From Heterodontus francisci (lineage: Eukaryota): DNA of 64,000 nt. The notes beneath the pieces were generated by a model. That model had not been told where the DNA came from. It did no database searches and saw only the letters and a list, made by a program, of their open reading frames with translations. Location of the stretch: NCBI RefSeq assembly GCF_036365525.1, contig NC_090379.1, positions 114,564,263-114,628,262 on the forward strand, written 5' to 3'. Shown here piece by piece: positions 53,601 through 64,000 of this stretch. Made by a program: the position numbers and the translations under genes. Every line of letters begins with the position of its first letter. Position 1 is the first letter of the stretch.

Positions 53601-56600
53601 AATGGCATTACCATCGCTGAATCCCCCACCATCAACATCCTAGGGGTTACCATTGACCAGAAACTGAACTGGACCAGCGACATAAATACTGTGACTACAA
53701 GAGAAGATCAGAGGCTAGGAAACCTGCAGCGAGTAACTCACCACCTGACTCCCCAAAGCCTGTCCACCATCTACAAGGCACAAGCGGTGTGATGGAATAC
53801 TCTCCACTTGCCTGGATGGGTGCAGCTCCAACAACACTCAAGAAGTTCAACACCATTCAGGACAAAGCAGCCTGCTTAATTGGCGTCCCTTCCACCAGCT
53901 TCAGCATTCACTCCCTCCACCACTGCGCACAATAGCTGCAGTGTGTACCATCTACAACAGGGTTGTCCAACCTTTTCGGGCAGAGGACAGCCAAAAATTA
54001 CAATTTTTGCTCGGACTCTGGGGGACGGTGAGCAAATTTCGAGAGAAAAGGGCATTCAAAATATATGTTGCTAATTAAAAACAACAAATTTTTGTGAAGA
54101 AGCTTTAAATGAGAAGACTAATTTATTGACTTATTTTCTTGTCACTATATTGAAAACGATTTTAGTGACATTCCTGGCATTAATTTTGCTTGCATAAGTA
54201 GTCAATCTCTGCCTGTACACTTGATCAATGTCCATCTTTGAGGAGATCTGTCTCAGTCTCTGTCTCTCCCTATGTTTCCCTCTCTTGTGTGTTCCTCCCT
54301 CTCTATGTCGTCCTCACTCTCTGTGTTACCCCCCCCCGCCCCTCCTTCTCTCTGTCCCCTCTTCTCTCTCTCTCTCCCCCCTCTCTCTCTCTGTTCCCCC
54401 CTCTCTCTGTCCCCCCCTCTCTCTCTCTGTCCCCCCTCTCTCTCTCCCACTGTCTCCGTCTCTTCCTCGCTCCCTCTGTCCCCCCGCTCGCTCCCTCTGT
54501 CCCCCCGCTCGCTCCCTCTGTCCCCCCGCTCGCTCCCTCTGTCCCCCCGCTCGCTCCCTCTGTCCCCACGCTCGCTCCCTCTGTCCCCCCCGCTCGCTCC
54601 CTCTGTCCCCCCCCCGCTCGCTCCCTCTGTCCCCCCCCCCGCTCGCTCCCTCTGTCCCCCCCCCGCTCGCTCCCTCTGTCCCCCCCCCGCTCGCTCCCTC
54701 TGTCCCCCCCCCGCTCGCTCCCTCTGTCCCCCCCCGCTCGCTCCCTCTGTCCCCCCCCGCTCGCTCCCTCTGTCCCCCAGCTCGTTCCCTCGCCCTCCCC
54801 CCGCTCGCTCCCTCGCCCTCCCCCCCTCTCCCTCGCCCTCCCCCCTCTCCCTCGCCCTCCCCCCCTCGCCCTCGCGCTCCCCTAGCCCTCGCGCTCCCCT
54901 AGCCCTCGCGCTCCCCTAGCCCTCGCGCTCCCCTAGCCCTCGCGCTCCCCTCGCCCTCGCGCTCCCCTCGCCCTCGCGCTCCCCTAGCCCTCGCGCTCCC
55001 CTAGCCCTCGCGCTCCCCTAGCCCTCGCGCTCCCCTAGCCCTCGCGCTCCCCTCGCCCTCGCCTTCGCGCTCCCCTCGCCTTCGCGCTCCCCTCGCCTTC
55101 GCGCTCCCCTCGCCCTCGCGCTCCCCTCGCCCTCGCGCTCCCCTCGCCCTCGCGCTCCCCTCGCCCTCGCGCTCCCCTCGCCCTCGCGCTCCCCTCGCCC
55201 TCGCGCTCCCCTCGCCCTCGCGCTCCCCTCGCCCTCGCGCTCCCCTCGCGCTCCCCTCGCCCTCGCGCTCCCCTCGCCCTCGCGCTCCCCTCGCCCTCGC
55301 GCTCCCCTCGCCCTCGCGCTCCCCTCGCCCTCGCGCTCCCCTCGCCCTCGCCCTCCCCTCGCCCTCGCCCTCGCCCTCGCCCTCCCCTCGCCCTCGCCCT
55401 CGCCCTCGCCCTCCCCTCGCCCTCGCCCTCGCCCTCCCCTCGCCCTCGCCCTCCCCTCGCCCTCCCCTCGCCCTCGCCCTCGCCCTCTCCCTCCCCTCGC
55501 CCTCCCCTCCCCCTCGCCCTCGCCCTCCCCCCGCTCCCCCGCTGGAAGCACATTCTAGCCTCAGCAACTGAGCTGTGAAACTCAGTTTTTAAAAAGGCCA
55601 CTCTGCAAGAAGACAAAGGGAATTTTCATATCTCCACTCATGGAGCCCTGGCGAGGATGAGGAAAGGCCGCAGGCCGGATGGAAACCTTTGGCGGGCAGA
55701 ATCCTGGTCTGCGGGCCGTATGTTAGACAACCCTGATCCACAAGATGCATTGCAGCAACTCACCAAGGCTCTTTCAACAGCACCTTCCAAACCCACGACC
55801 TCTACCACCGAGAAGGACAAGGGCAGCAGTTGCATGGGAACACCACCACCTACATGTTCCCCTCCAAGACACACACCGTCCTGACTTGGAACTATATCGC
55901 CGTTCCTTCACTGTCGCTGGGTCAAATTCTTGGAACTCCCTTCCTAACAGCACTGTGGGTGTACCTACCCCACATGGACTGCAGCGGTTAAAGAGGGCAG
56001 CTCACCACAACTTCTCAAGGGAAGTTAGGGATGGATAGGGTTAGTGTCGCCTTGCTAGCAACGCTCACATCCCAAGAACGAAAAAAAAAACACTCCCAGT
56101 ACAGTACTGAGGAAGCGCTGCATTGTTGGATGTGCCATCTTTCAGATGAGACATTGATCCAAGGTCCCATCCGCACACTGAGGTGGATGTAAATAACCCC
56201 GTGGCACTATTTTGAAGAAGAGCAAGAGATTACTCCCAGTGTACTGGCCAATATTTATCCTTCAACCAATGACCCCATTATCGTTGTATCATACAACTAC
56301 CAGGATGGTGAACTAGATGGACCTTGGTATTTTTCCATCTAGCAATTCCAATGTTCCGATGTAACGATCACAAAACAGATTACCTGGTCATCGTCAAGTT
56401 GCTGTTTGTGGGAGCTTGCTGTGTACATAGAAACATAGGAGCAGGAGTAGGCCATCGAGCCTGCTCCGCCATTCAATATAATAATGGCTGATCATCCACT
56501 TCAATGCCTTTTTTCCACACTATTCTCATATCCTCTTATGTCATTTGTATTTGGCAATTTGTCAATCTCTGCTTTAAACATACTCAATGACTCAGCTTCC

Positions 56601-58890
56601 ACAGCCCTCTGGGGTAGAAAATTCCAAAGATTCACAACCCTCTGAGTAAAGGAATTTCTCCTCATCTCCGTCCTAAGTGGCTTCCCCCTTATTTTGAAAT
56701 TGTGTCCCCTGGTTCTAGACTCCCCAACCAGGGGAAACATCTTAGCTGCATCTATCCCTTTAAGTATTTTGTAGATTTCAATGAGATCATCTCTCATTCT
56801 TAAAACTCGAGAGAATACAGGCCCAGCTTTCCTTAGTCTCTCTTCATAGCACAGTCCCACCATCCCGGGAACAAGTTTGGTTGCATCCCTCTATGGCAAT
56901 AATATCCTTCCTAAGGTAAGGGGACCAAAACTGCACACAATACTCCAGGTGCATCTAACCAAGGTTCTATATAATTGAAGCCAGACTTCACTACTCCTGC
57001 ACTCAAATCCTCTTGTGATATAGGCTAACATACAATTAGCCTTCTTATTTGCTTGCTGCACCTGCATGTTAGCTTTCAGTGACTTATTGACAAGGACACC
57101 CAGGTCCCCTTGTACATCTACACTTTCTAATCTCTTACCATTTAAGAAATACTCTGCACACCTGTTCCTCCTACCAGAGTGGATAACCTCACATTTTTCC
57201 ACATTATATTCCATCTGCCACATTCTTGCCCACTCACCAAGTCTGTCCATTTGGTCCCCACATCCAAATCATTGATATATATTGTGAACAACTGGGGCCC
57301 AAGTACTGATCCTTGTGGTACCCCACTAGTCACAGTCTGCCAGTGTAAGAATGACCCATTTATTCCTACTCTCTGCTTTCTGCCTGTTAACCAATCCTTA
57401 ATCCATGCCAGTATATTACCTCCTATCCTATGTGCTTTAATGTTGCGAACCAACTTCCTGTGGTGAACCTTATCAAAAGCCTTCTGAAAATCCAAGTATA
57501 CCACGACCACCGACTTCCCTTTATCAATTCGGTTAGTAACATCCTCAAAAAGTTCCAACAGGTTCGGCAGGTACAAATTGTCTGCCGCATTTCCTACATT
57601 ACAACAGTGACTACGCTTCATAAGTACTTCAGAACATGAGTTCTGATGAAAGGTCACTGACCTGAAACATTAACTCTGCTTCTCTGTCCACAGATGCTGC
57701 CAGACCTGCTGAGTATTTCCAGCATTTCTTGTTTTTACTTCATAAGTACTTCATTGACTGTAAAGTGCTATGGTCATGAAAGGCGCTATATAAATGCTGT
57801 TCTTTAAATGGTAATAATCTAATTGTAACTAAACCCAACAGCATGAGAGAGCTAGATTAACATCAGTATAGAGACAATTAACAGGGGAAGGGGTTACTGA
57901 CAGTGAGGGAGCTGGATTAACATCAGTCGAGATACAGTCAGTAACACAGGGCACTGGGGGTAGAGGGGTTACTGAGTGACAGTGTGGGGGAACTGGATTA
58001 ACATCAGTAGAGATACAGTCAGTAACACAGGGCATTGGGGGGAGAGGGGTTACTGAGTGACAGTGTGATGGAGCTGGATTAACAACAGTAGAGGTACAGT
58101 CAGTAACAATCCAAGCTTGGCATGAGACTGAGCTCTTTCTCTGCTACTTTTAACTCTCTGCTACTCATATTAACATTTCCTCAGGTATGTCTCTGAGCTC
58201 CTGCCAATGATGATTAAGTTTATTGAGAAACTGGACTCAAATCTGCAGCTGTTAAAAACCATCCCTCAGGTGACAGAGAAAGTAAGGATGATGGTAAGTA
58301 AACAATGGAAATTTTCAACTGTCTTTATAATTCTTTTTCTCTTTTTGTGAAGAATGGGACATTTTCCATTTCAGTTACCCAAAATATCACAGCATGAATC
58401 AGATATAGTCCATTCTATACTGTCCCATCAAACACTCAGACCCATGCAGCACCTACTCTTTGAGTCTTAGATGGGACAGTGTAGGGGGAGCTTTACTCTG
58501 TAACTAACACTTTTTTTTCTTGTTTTCTGCTTTACTCTGTATCTAACTCCGTGCTGTACCTGCTCTGGGAGTGTTTGATGGGGACAGTTTAGAGGAGATT
58601 TATTCTGTGGGAAACCCGTTTTGTACCTGTCCCAGAAATACTCAATACAAGGACTATGTGAGAAATAAAGAAGTGTTCTGTTCCCCAGCACTGATCTTTC
58701 TCCATTTTGTGATTAACAGAAAGATGCACTAAAAGTATAGGCATTTTAAGACTTTCTTTTGTATGTTTAGGAAAACCTTGTGGCCAGGATGGTGTCTGAG
58801 GTACTGGAACTGAAGGAAGTGATGGAGTTTATTGTGAAGTGGAGAGAGCAGCAGAAGACTGTTGGATTGGAGAGCCTGGGATGGAAATGA
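47522..58890 (+). CDS. HAUS2: HAUS augmin-like complex subunit 2, 6 coding exons, 208 aa
   Basis: join(47522-47611,49224-49328,51946-52015,52939-53071,58185-58293,58771-58890) = 627 nt. [41 protein letters not shown] and KWREQQ match HAUS2; head-to-head with LRRC57. Confidence 0.95.
47855..48512 (-). mobile_element. DeuSINE interrupted by a Penelope-type element (47938-48178)
   Basis: The SINE tail and core are separated by a 240-bp insert that extends ~105 nt beyond the hammerhead. Confidence 0.85.
49224..49328 (+). CDS. HAUS2: HAUS2 coding exon 2 ([11 protein letters not shown]...AELEQ)
   Basis: aaacag| ... CAG|gtatca, 105 nt, phase 0-0. Confidence 0.88.
49693..50160 (-). mobile_element. 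DeuSINE interrupted by a Penelope-type mini-element (49729-49864)
   Basis: 14-bp TSD CAATTAAGTATAGT at 49715-49728 and 49864-49877. Confidence 0.85.
50590..51670 (+). mobile_element. CR1 LINE RT and 3' fragment
   Basis: [35 protein letters not shown]. Confidence 0.9.
51946..52015 (+). CDS. HAUS2: HAUS2 coding exon 3 ([23 protein letters not shown])
   Basis: gtcag| ... G|gtaagt, 70 nt. Confidence 0.94.
52939..53071 (+). CDS. HAUS2: HAUS2 coding exon 4 ([20 protein letters not shown]...EANCHR)
   Basis: gctag| ... AG|gtgagc, 133 nt. Confidence 0.95.
53958..55735. mobile_element. Non-autonomous hAT-type DNA transposon
   Basis: TIRs CAGGGTTGTCCAAC / GTTAGACAACCCTG; 8-bp TSD ATCTACAA 53950-53957 / ATCCACAA 55736-55743. 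Confidence 0.88.
54250..55542 (+). repeat. C-rich, CpG-rich compound tandem repeat inside the hAT element
   Basis: (CT)n, then ~21-bp CCCCCGCTCGCTCCCTCTGT, then 17-bp CTCGCGCTCCCCTCGCC, then (CTCGCC)n. Confidence 0.95.
56428..57570 (-). mobile_element. CR1 LINE RT and 3' fragment
   Basis: [33 protein letters not shown]; GTACA duplicated at 56423-56427 and 57571-57575. Confidence 0.9.
57632..57737 (+). mobile_element. Penelope-type mini-element with hammerhead fold
   Basis: GAGTT CTGATGA A AGGTC ACT GACCT GAAAC ATT AACTC at 57638-57676; 16-bp TSD CTTCATAAGTACTTCA 57616-57631 / 57738-57753. Confidence 0.88.
57845..58110 (+). repeat. ~82-bp tandem repeat (gagctggattaacatcagtagagatacagtcagtaacacagggc...)
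   Basis: About 3.5 imperfect units. Confidence 0.8.
58185..58293 (+). CDS. HAUS2: HAUS2 coding exon 5 ([20 protein letters not shown]...VRMM)
   Basis: cctcag| ... ATG|gtaagt, 109 nt. Confidence 0.94.
58410..58640. repeat. Dispersed ~67-bp repeat family, with one inverted partial unit
   Basis: actgtcccatcaaacact is inverted relative to gtgtttgatggggacagt; same family as 14733-14850. Confidence 0.7.
58771..58890 (+). CDS. HAUS2: HAUS2 last coding exon ([39 protein letters not shown])
   Basis: gtttag| acceptor; TGA at 58888-58890. Confidence 0.92.
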   Translation, partial: ENLVARMVSEVLELKEVMEFIVKWREQQKTVGLESLGWK

Positions 58891-59559
58891 TGTCTCTGCT
58901 TTCTGGTTGTAAATGCTTATGATTGGGCGAAGTGTCTGGGCCAACTCCGTGTGGTAAAGCAAAATACTGAAAACATTCAGCATCCTTGGAGAAAAAACAG
59001 AGGAACTAATGTGTCAGCTGTGAACCCTTGGTCCTTCCCTGTGGTGCTGACTGTGTGCACTTCTGACAGGTTTTATTTGGTCAACATCTGTGCTTCCTGT
59101 TGCTGGTACCTGACTCAAGCAACAAGTCTTCATGTCAGCAGGCTATTTTACAGGGTAGCCAAGTCCTCACCTTTTTCCATCCTTGTACAAATTCCAGCAG
59201 AAGTCACTGGATCATGACTAGGAGCAGAACCCTGACTAACTTTTCCCATCCTCATCCCCTTGTCCCTGACTGGGAATGAAACCGGGGCCTTTCTGTTCAG
59301 TGCCTTTACTCTCAAGGCCACTGGGGGATCTGTTATCCCAGGTAAATAGGGGATCAGTAGGAAGGTTTCGATATAACCTGATTGGATGCTGCACCTCATC
59401 AGAGAAAACCTGCCCCAAATACACAACACACAAGTGAATCCTTTACTATTGAGTCGGTTACCTTATTGAATTTTATGCATACTTGCCTTTCGGCAAAGGG
59501 TACTAGTTTCACACACATTCCTGTTTATCAGAAATTGGCTAAGATAATGCTTATTTGTA

Positions 59560-59611
59560 AATAAAAGCTTTTCAGAATATTTAACAATTTTTGGAATTTT
59601 ATTATAATAAA
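59560..59611 (+). terminator. HAUS2: Probable HAUS2 polyadenylation signals
   Basis: AATAAA at 59560-59565 and 59606-59611. Confidence 0.55.
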
Positions 59612-59713
59612 TCAGAACCAAGAGCACTAACTGGAAACACAAAGGGTCCAGCAGTATCAGTACCGGGGCTATGAGAAAGATTATTGACTCCCTCAAAGCC
59701 TCTCCACCATCTA

Positions 59714-60064
59714 GGTGGCACAGTGGCGCAGTGGTTAGCACCGCAGCCTCACAGCTCCAGGGACCCGGGTTCGATTCCGGGTACTGCCTGTGTGGAGTTT
59801 GCAAGTTCTCCCTGTGTCTGCGTGGGTTTTCTCCGGGTGCTCCGGTTTCCTCCCACAAGCCAAAAGACTTGCAGGTTGATAGGTAAATTGGCCATTATAA
59901 ATTGTCACTAGTATAGGTAGGTGGTAGGGAAATATAGGGACAGGTGGGGATGTTTGGTAGGAATATGGGATTAGTGTAGCATTAGTATAAATGGGTGGTT
60001 GATGTTCGGCACAGACTCGGTGGGCCGAAGGGACTGTTTCAGTGCTGTATCTCTAATCTCTAAT
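59714..60064 (+). mobile_element. HE1-type SINE in an old family-B LINE fragment (~59670-60420)
   Basis: 14-bp TSD CTCTCCACCATCTA at 59700-59713 and 60065-60078. Confidence 0.92.
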
Positions 60065-60624
60065 CTCTCCACCATCTACTTGGTTCAAGTCAGGAATGTG
60101 ATAAAATATTCATCATTGGCCTGGATAGGTGCAACTGCAACAGTACTCACCATGCTTTACGGCCTCCAGAATTCAGCTGTTTGCTTAATCAACAACTTTT
60201 CCACTGTCGTGGGAACATCATTAGCTGCAATTCGGACACTATCCTGACTTGGACAGATATCGCTGTTCCTTCATGGTCACTGGGTCACTATCCTGGAATT
60301 CCCTACTTAACCCCACTGTAAGAGCACCATCACCCCAAGAGCTATAGAGGTGCAATGAAAAGTCTCACCATCCCCAACTCGGAAACTGTGATGGGCTGTA
60401 AATAAGGGCCTTGCTGTTCAATACCCTCAGAGCTAATTTTTAAAAACAGGCCTGGTTGATACTTCTGGGAGAGGGGGAGGTCCTAGTTACACCCAAGAGG
60501 CAGGCACACTCGTGATTTCAAATAACAACTATGGGATGGAAATGTAGCTAACAGCGTGCTCTCAAGTCTCAGCTTAGTCCATACACAGTTTCAGAAGTTG
60601 GCCTCTGATCCTCCTTCCTGATTG

Positions 60625-61660
60625 TTGCTACCTATGGGCACCTTCACTATGAGGTCATCAGTTAATCCTATCTTGTTACACAATACCAGGTCTGTTCTCT
60701 GGTTGGCTCCAGAACATGCTGTTCTAAGAAGCTATCCCGAAAACATTCTATGAACTCCTCATTAAGGCTACCTTTGCCCATCTGATTTTTCCAGTCTATA
60801 TGTAGATTAAAATCCCCCATGATTATCACTGTACCTTTCTGATAAGCTCCAATTATTTCTTCCTTTATATTCTGTCATACAGTGTGGTTACTGTTAGGGG
60901 GCCTGTATACCACTCCCACAAGTGACTTTTTGCCTTTATCACTTCTCATCTCTACTCATCGCTTCTACATCTTGGTTTCCTGAACTTAGGTCATCCCTCT
61001 CTAATGTGCTAATACCATCATTAATTAACAGAGCCACCCCTCCACCTTTTCCTAGCTTCCTGTCATTCATGAATGTCATGTACCCTTCAATATTCAGGTC
61101 CCAATCGATGTCATCCTGCAGCCATGTCTCTGTAATGGCTATCAGATCATCCTTATTTATTTCTATTTGCGCTATCAGTTCATCTGTTTTGTTTCGAATA
61201 CTACGTGCATTCAGATACAGAGCCTTTAGTTTTGTTCTTTTATTATTTTTGTAATGTCTAGCCTTGACTGCTGATATACTCTTAGATTTATACTCTCTAT
61301 TCCTTCCTGTCACGGTCTGTTTATCATTTCCCATATTTATACCTTTCTCTCTTGCCTTGTCTCCGCTCTTTGATTTACCACATCTTCCCAAATTTGATCC
61401 CTTGCCCCCACTATTTAGTTTAAAACCCTCTCTACTTCCCTAGTTATGCAGCTCGCTAGAACACCAGCCCCAGCATGGTTCAAGTGTAGATCATCCCAAT
61501 GGTACAGTCCCCACTTTCCCCTGTACTGATGCCATTGTCCCATGAACCGGAATCCACTTCTGCCACATCAGTCTTTGAGTTATGCATTCATCTCTATAAT
61601 CTTATTTGCCCTATGCCAATTTGCACATGGCTCAGGTAATAATCCAGAGATTATTGCCAG
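60625..61660 (-). mobile_element. CR1 LINE 5' part (APE endonuclease region and ORF1 end)
   Basis: LKALYLNARSIRNK..DLIAITETWL..KGGGVALLI. Confidence 0.9.
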
Positions 61661-61727
61661 AGACCCTGGCAACATGAATGAATGAACAAACAGTAATTGG
61701 AAGGGAGTGTTATATTTATATATTATA

Positions 61728-62012
61728 TTTAGAAATACAGCACTGAAACAGGCCCTTTCGGCCCACAGAGTCTGGGCTGACCAACAACCACCCATTTATA
61801 CTAACCCCACAGTAATCCCATATTCCCTACCATCTGCCTACACTAGGGGCAATTTACAACAGCCAATTTACCTATCACCTGCAAGTCTTTGGCTGTGGGA
61901 GGAAACCGGAGCACCCGGCGAAAACCCACGCGGTCACAGGGAGAACTTGCAAACTCCGCACAGGCAGTATCCAGAATTGAACCCGGGTCCCTGGAGCTGT
62001 GAGGCTGCGGTA
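61728..62012 (-). mobile_element. HE1-type SINE, 5' truncated
   Basis: Reverse complement of the HE1 body. Confidence 0.85.
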
Positions 62013-62879
62013 GCTGACTGGCACTCTGAACTATAACTTCTTGGTTAGACGCAACATGTAACAAAATACAAGGATATGAAGACTCTTGAGAACAACACAG
62101 CATAAAATAAAGGCACCGACGAGATTGTGAAATTCTGGTTCTCACAAGCAGCAGTCCTCACACACCTACACAATGTTTTGTCTTTTTATTTTGTTTACGA
62201 GATCTGGGCATCATGGGCCAGAGCAGAATTTATTGCCTGACCTTAGTCGCACTTGAGAATGTGGTGATGAGCTGCCTTCTTTCTGAACTGCTGCAGTCCA
62301 TGTGGTGAAGATATTGCTACAGTGTTGTTAAGTAAGGAGATCTAGAATTTCGACCCAGCAATGATGAAGGAATAGCAATATATTTCCAAGTCAGGATGTT
62401 TTTTTAAAGAAATAATCTTGGGTCAAAATGCCCACCTTCACAATTCATGATAAAACAAACACGACCTGAATGAACTAGTTTGGTCACTGTCTGCAAGTTA
62501 GCTGATAAAGAAAATGAGCTTTGATGGCTGGGTGGCAGGTTTAAGATGTTAATGTATGCTGCTTGATAGGCAGATGTGTTATTTCTGATGTGGTCCATGT
62601 TTCAAACCATTTGAGGACTTTTAAGCAGAAGCTGGTTAAAGGTACTCAGCATTAATTAAGTTCCAGACTGAAGGTTTTCACAGCCATTCAAGTCCCATGG
62701 GAATCAAATTACTGGACTCTTCAAAGGAAAAATGATATAAAATGGGCAGTTTTCACTGGGCTTTAGTTCTGTCTGAGGCACTCTTCCTCAATTGAACACT
62801 TGTGTATTCTATATGTAACATCTCACTCAGAAAGGCTGCAGCCTGTACCAAGAAACATGAAGACTTAATTGATTGGCCC

Positions 62880-63800
62880 AAGAGATTGTAAAGAAGAGTT
62901 TTGATAAGAGTCAATAAGAGGAAACTCTTTCCGCTGGCAGGAGGGTCGATAACCAGAAGACAAAGATTTAAGATAATCAGCAAAAGAACCAGAGGCAACA
63001 TGGAGAGTTTTTTTTTAAATGTAGCGAGTTGTTATGATGTGGAATGCATTGCCTGAAAGGGTGGTGGAAACAGATTCATTAGTAACTTTCAACAGGGAAT
63101 TGGATATATAGTTAAAGGGCAAAGAAATCGCAGGGCTCCAGGCAAAGAGCAGGAAGTGGGATCAATTGGATAGGTCTTTCAAAGAGCTGGTGCACACACA
63201 ATGGGCCAAATGACCTCCTTCTGTTCTATAGTGTTCTAAGCAACTCTTTGTGTTACAGTGAAAAGACAGCTCTTTGAGACACTGTTTCCAGAGTTAATAA
63301 TTTCTTTCTAATTGAAGCCATGTTAAGGAGAAAAGTGGCACCAGCTTTAAGTGGTTCAAGAAAGTGTATCTCAACCTAGGGAACATTAGAAACAGGTGTA
63401 GGCCATTCAGCCTCTCGTGGTTGATCTGTACCTCAATTCTATTTTCTTACTTTAGCCCCCTATCCCTCGATACCCCTACCTAACAAAGCTTGTTTGTCCT
63501 CAGTCTTAAACCCTAATTGACCCCCAAAAACCACAGCATTTTGGGGTGGAGAAGAGTTCCAGATTTCCACTACACTTGGTATGAAAAAGTGCTTCCTAAT
63601 TTCAGTCCTAAATGGCCTAGGTCTAATTTTAAGATTTTGCCCTCTTTTTCTGGATTCCCTCACCAGAGCAAATAGTTTCTCCATATCTACCCTATCAAAT
63701 CCTTTTAACATTGTAAAAACCTCAATCAGATCACTCCTCAATCTCCTAATTTCATGGCAATATAAGTCAAGTTTTTGCAACCTGTCCTTATAATGTAACC
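62880..63800. mobile_element. Two CR1 3' fragments (62880-63235 +, 63385-63800 -)
   Basis: CR1 C-terminal peptides (RSDLIEVFTMLKGFD..VVEIWNS). Confidence 0.75.
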
Positions 63801-64000
63801 TGGCGAAATCATGGTAGCGTTTATTTTGGAGGTACGTTCAACCAGTGAGTACCATACTGGGATTTTCTGAAAAAACAGGTGAGCTTGCAAGGCCACATCA
63901 GAGGACGTGAAGAGTCAATCACTGATTGTAGGACTGGAGTCACATATAAGCCAGTCTAGGCAGGGGTGGCAGGTTACCTTCTTTGAAGGACACCGGGTTA

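Larger units (their letters stand above)
53548..56090 (+). mobile_element. Family-B LINE 3' fragment (host of the hAT element)
   Basis: [26 protein letters not shown]; resumes at 55736 and ends in an A tail at ~56090. Confidence 0.85.
53461..57802 (+). mobile_element. Single DeuSINE split into pieces by nested insertions
   Basis: Collinear SINE pieces at 53461-53547, 56091-56270, ~56365-56427, 57571-57631 and 57738-57802. Confidence 0.8.

Noticed and set aside
54228-55616. Pro/Ser/Leu-rich and Arg/Gly/Glu-rich ORFs
   Set aside because: Simple-repeat translations inside a non-autonomous hAT element; no transposase similarity.
59620-64000. Start of STARD9, expected by synteny
   Set aside because: No CpG island or kinesin-like exon is recognisable; only TE fragments.

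Overview
Vertebrate genomic DNA, very probably from a shark. The basis is HE1-type SINEs, SacSINE1-like DeuSINEs, CR1/L2/RTE LINEs and short Penelope-type repeats. I read three complete spliced genes directly from the sequence, all with GT-AG introns and consistent phases: SNAP23 (+, 7 coding exons, 17728-27790, 210 aa), LRRC57 (-, 5 coding exons, 37425-31130, 238 aa) and HAUS2 (+, 6 coding exons, 47522-58890, 208 aa). A probable non-coding first exon on the - strand near 6.6 kb is assigned to ZNF106 by synteny only (human order ZNF106-SNAP23-LRRC57-HAUS2). Two CpG-rich bidirectional promoters lie at about 6.55-6.8 kb and 42.3-42.8 kb. A 200-N gap is flanked by an artefactual duplication. The rest is mostly transposon debris and tandem repeats; TE boundaries are approximate unless a TSD is given. 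Most interesting: (1) a ~135-bp Penelope-type mini-element carrying a minimal hammerhead ribozyme fold, with 14-16 bp target-site duplications, which landed three times at the same spot of a DeuSINE; (2) a 118-nt exon-like segment in SNAP23 intron 5 with tandem RBFOX sites and QKI/MBNL motifs; (3) a 37-bp minisatellite split by a 3-kb composite insert; (4) a multi-level transposon nest in HAUS2 intron 5.
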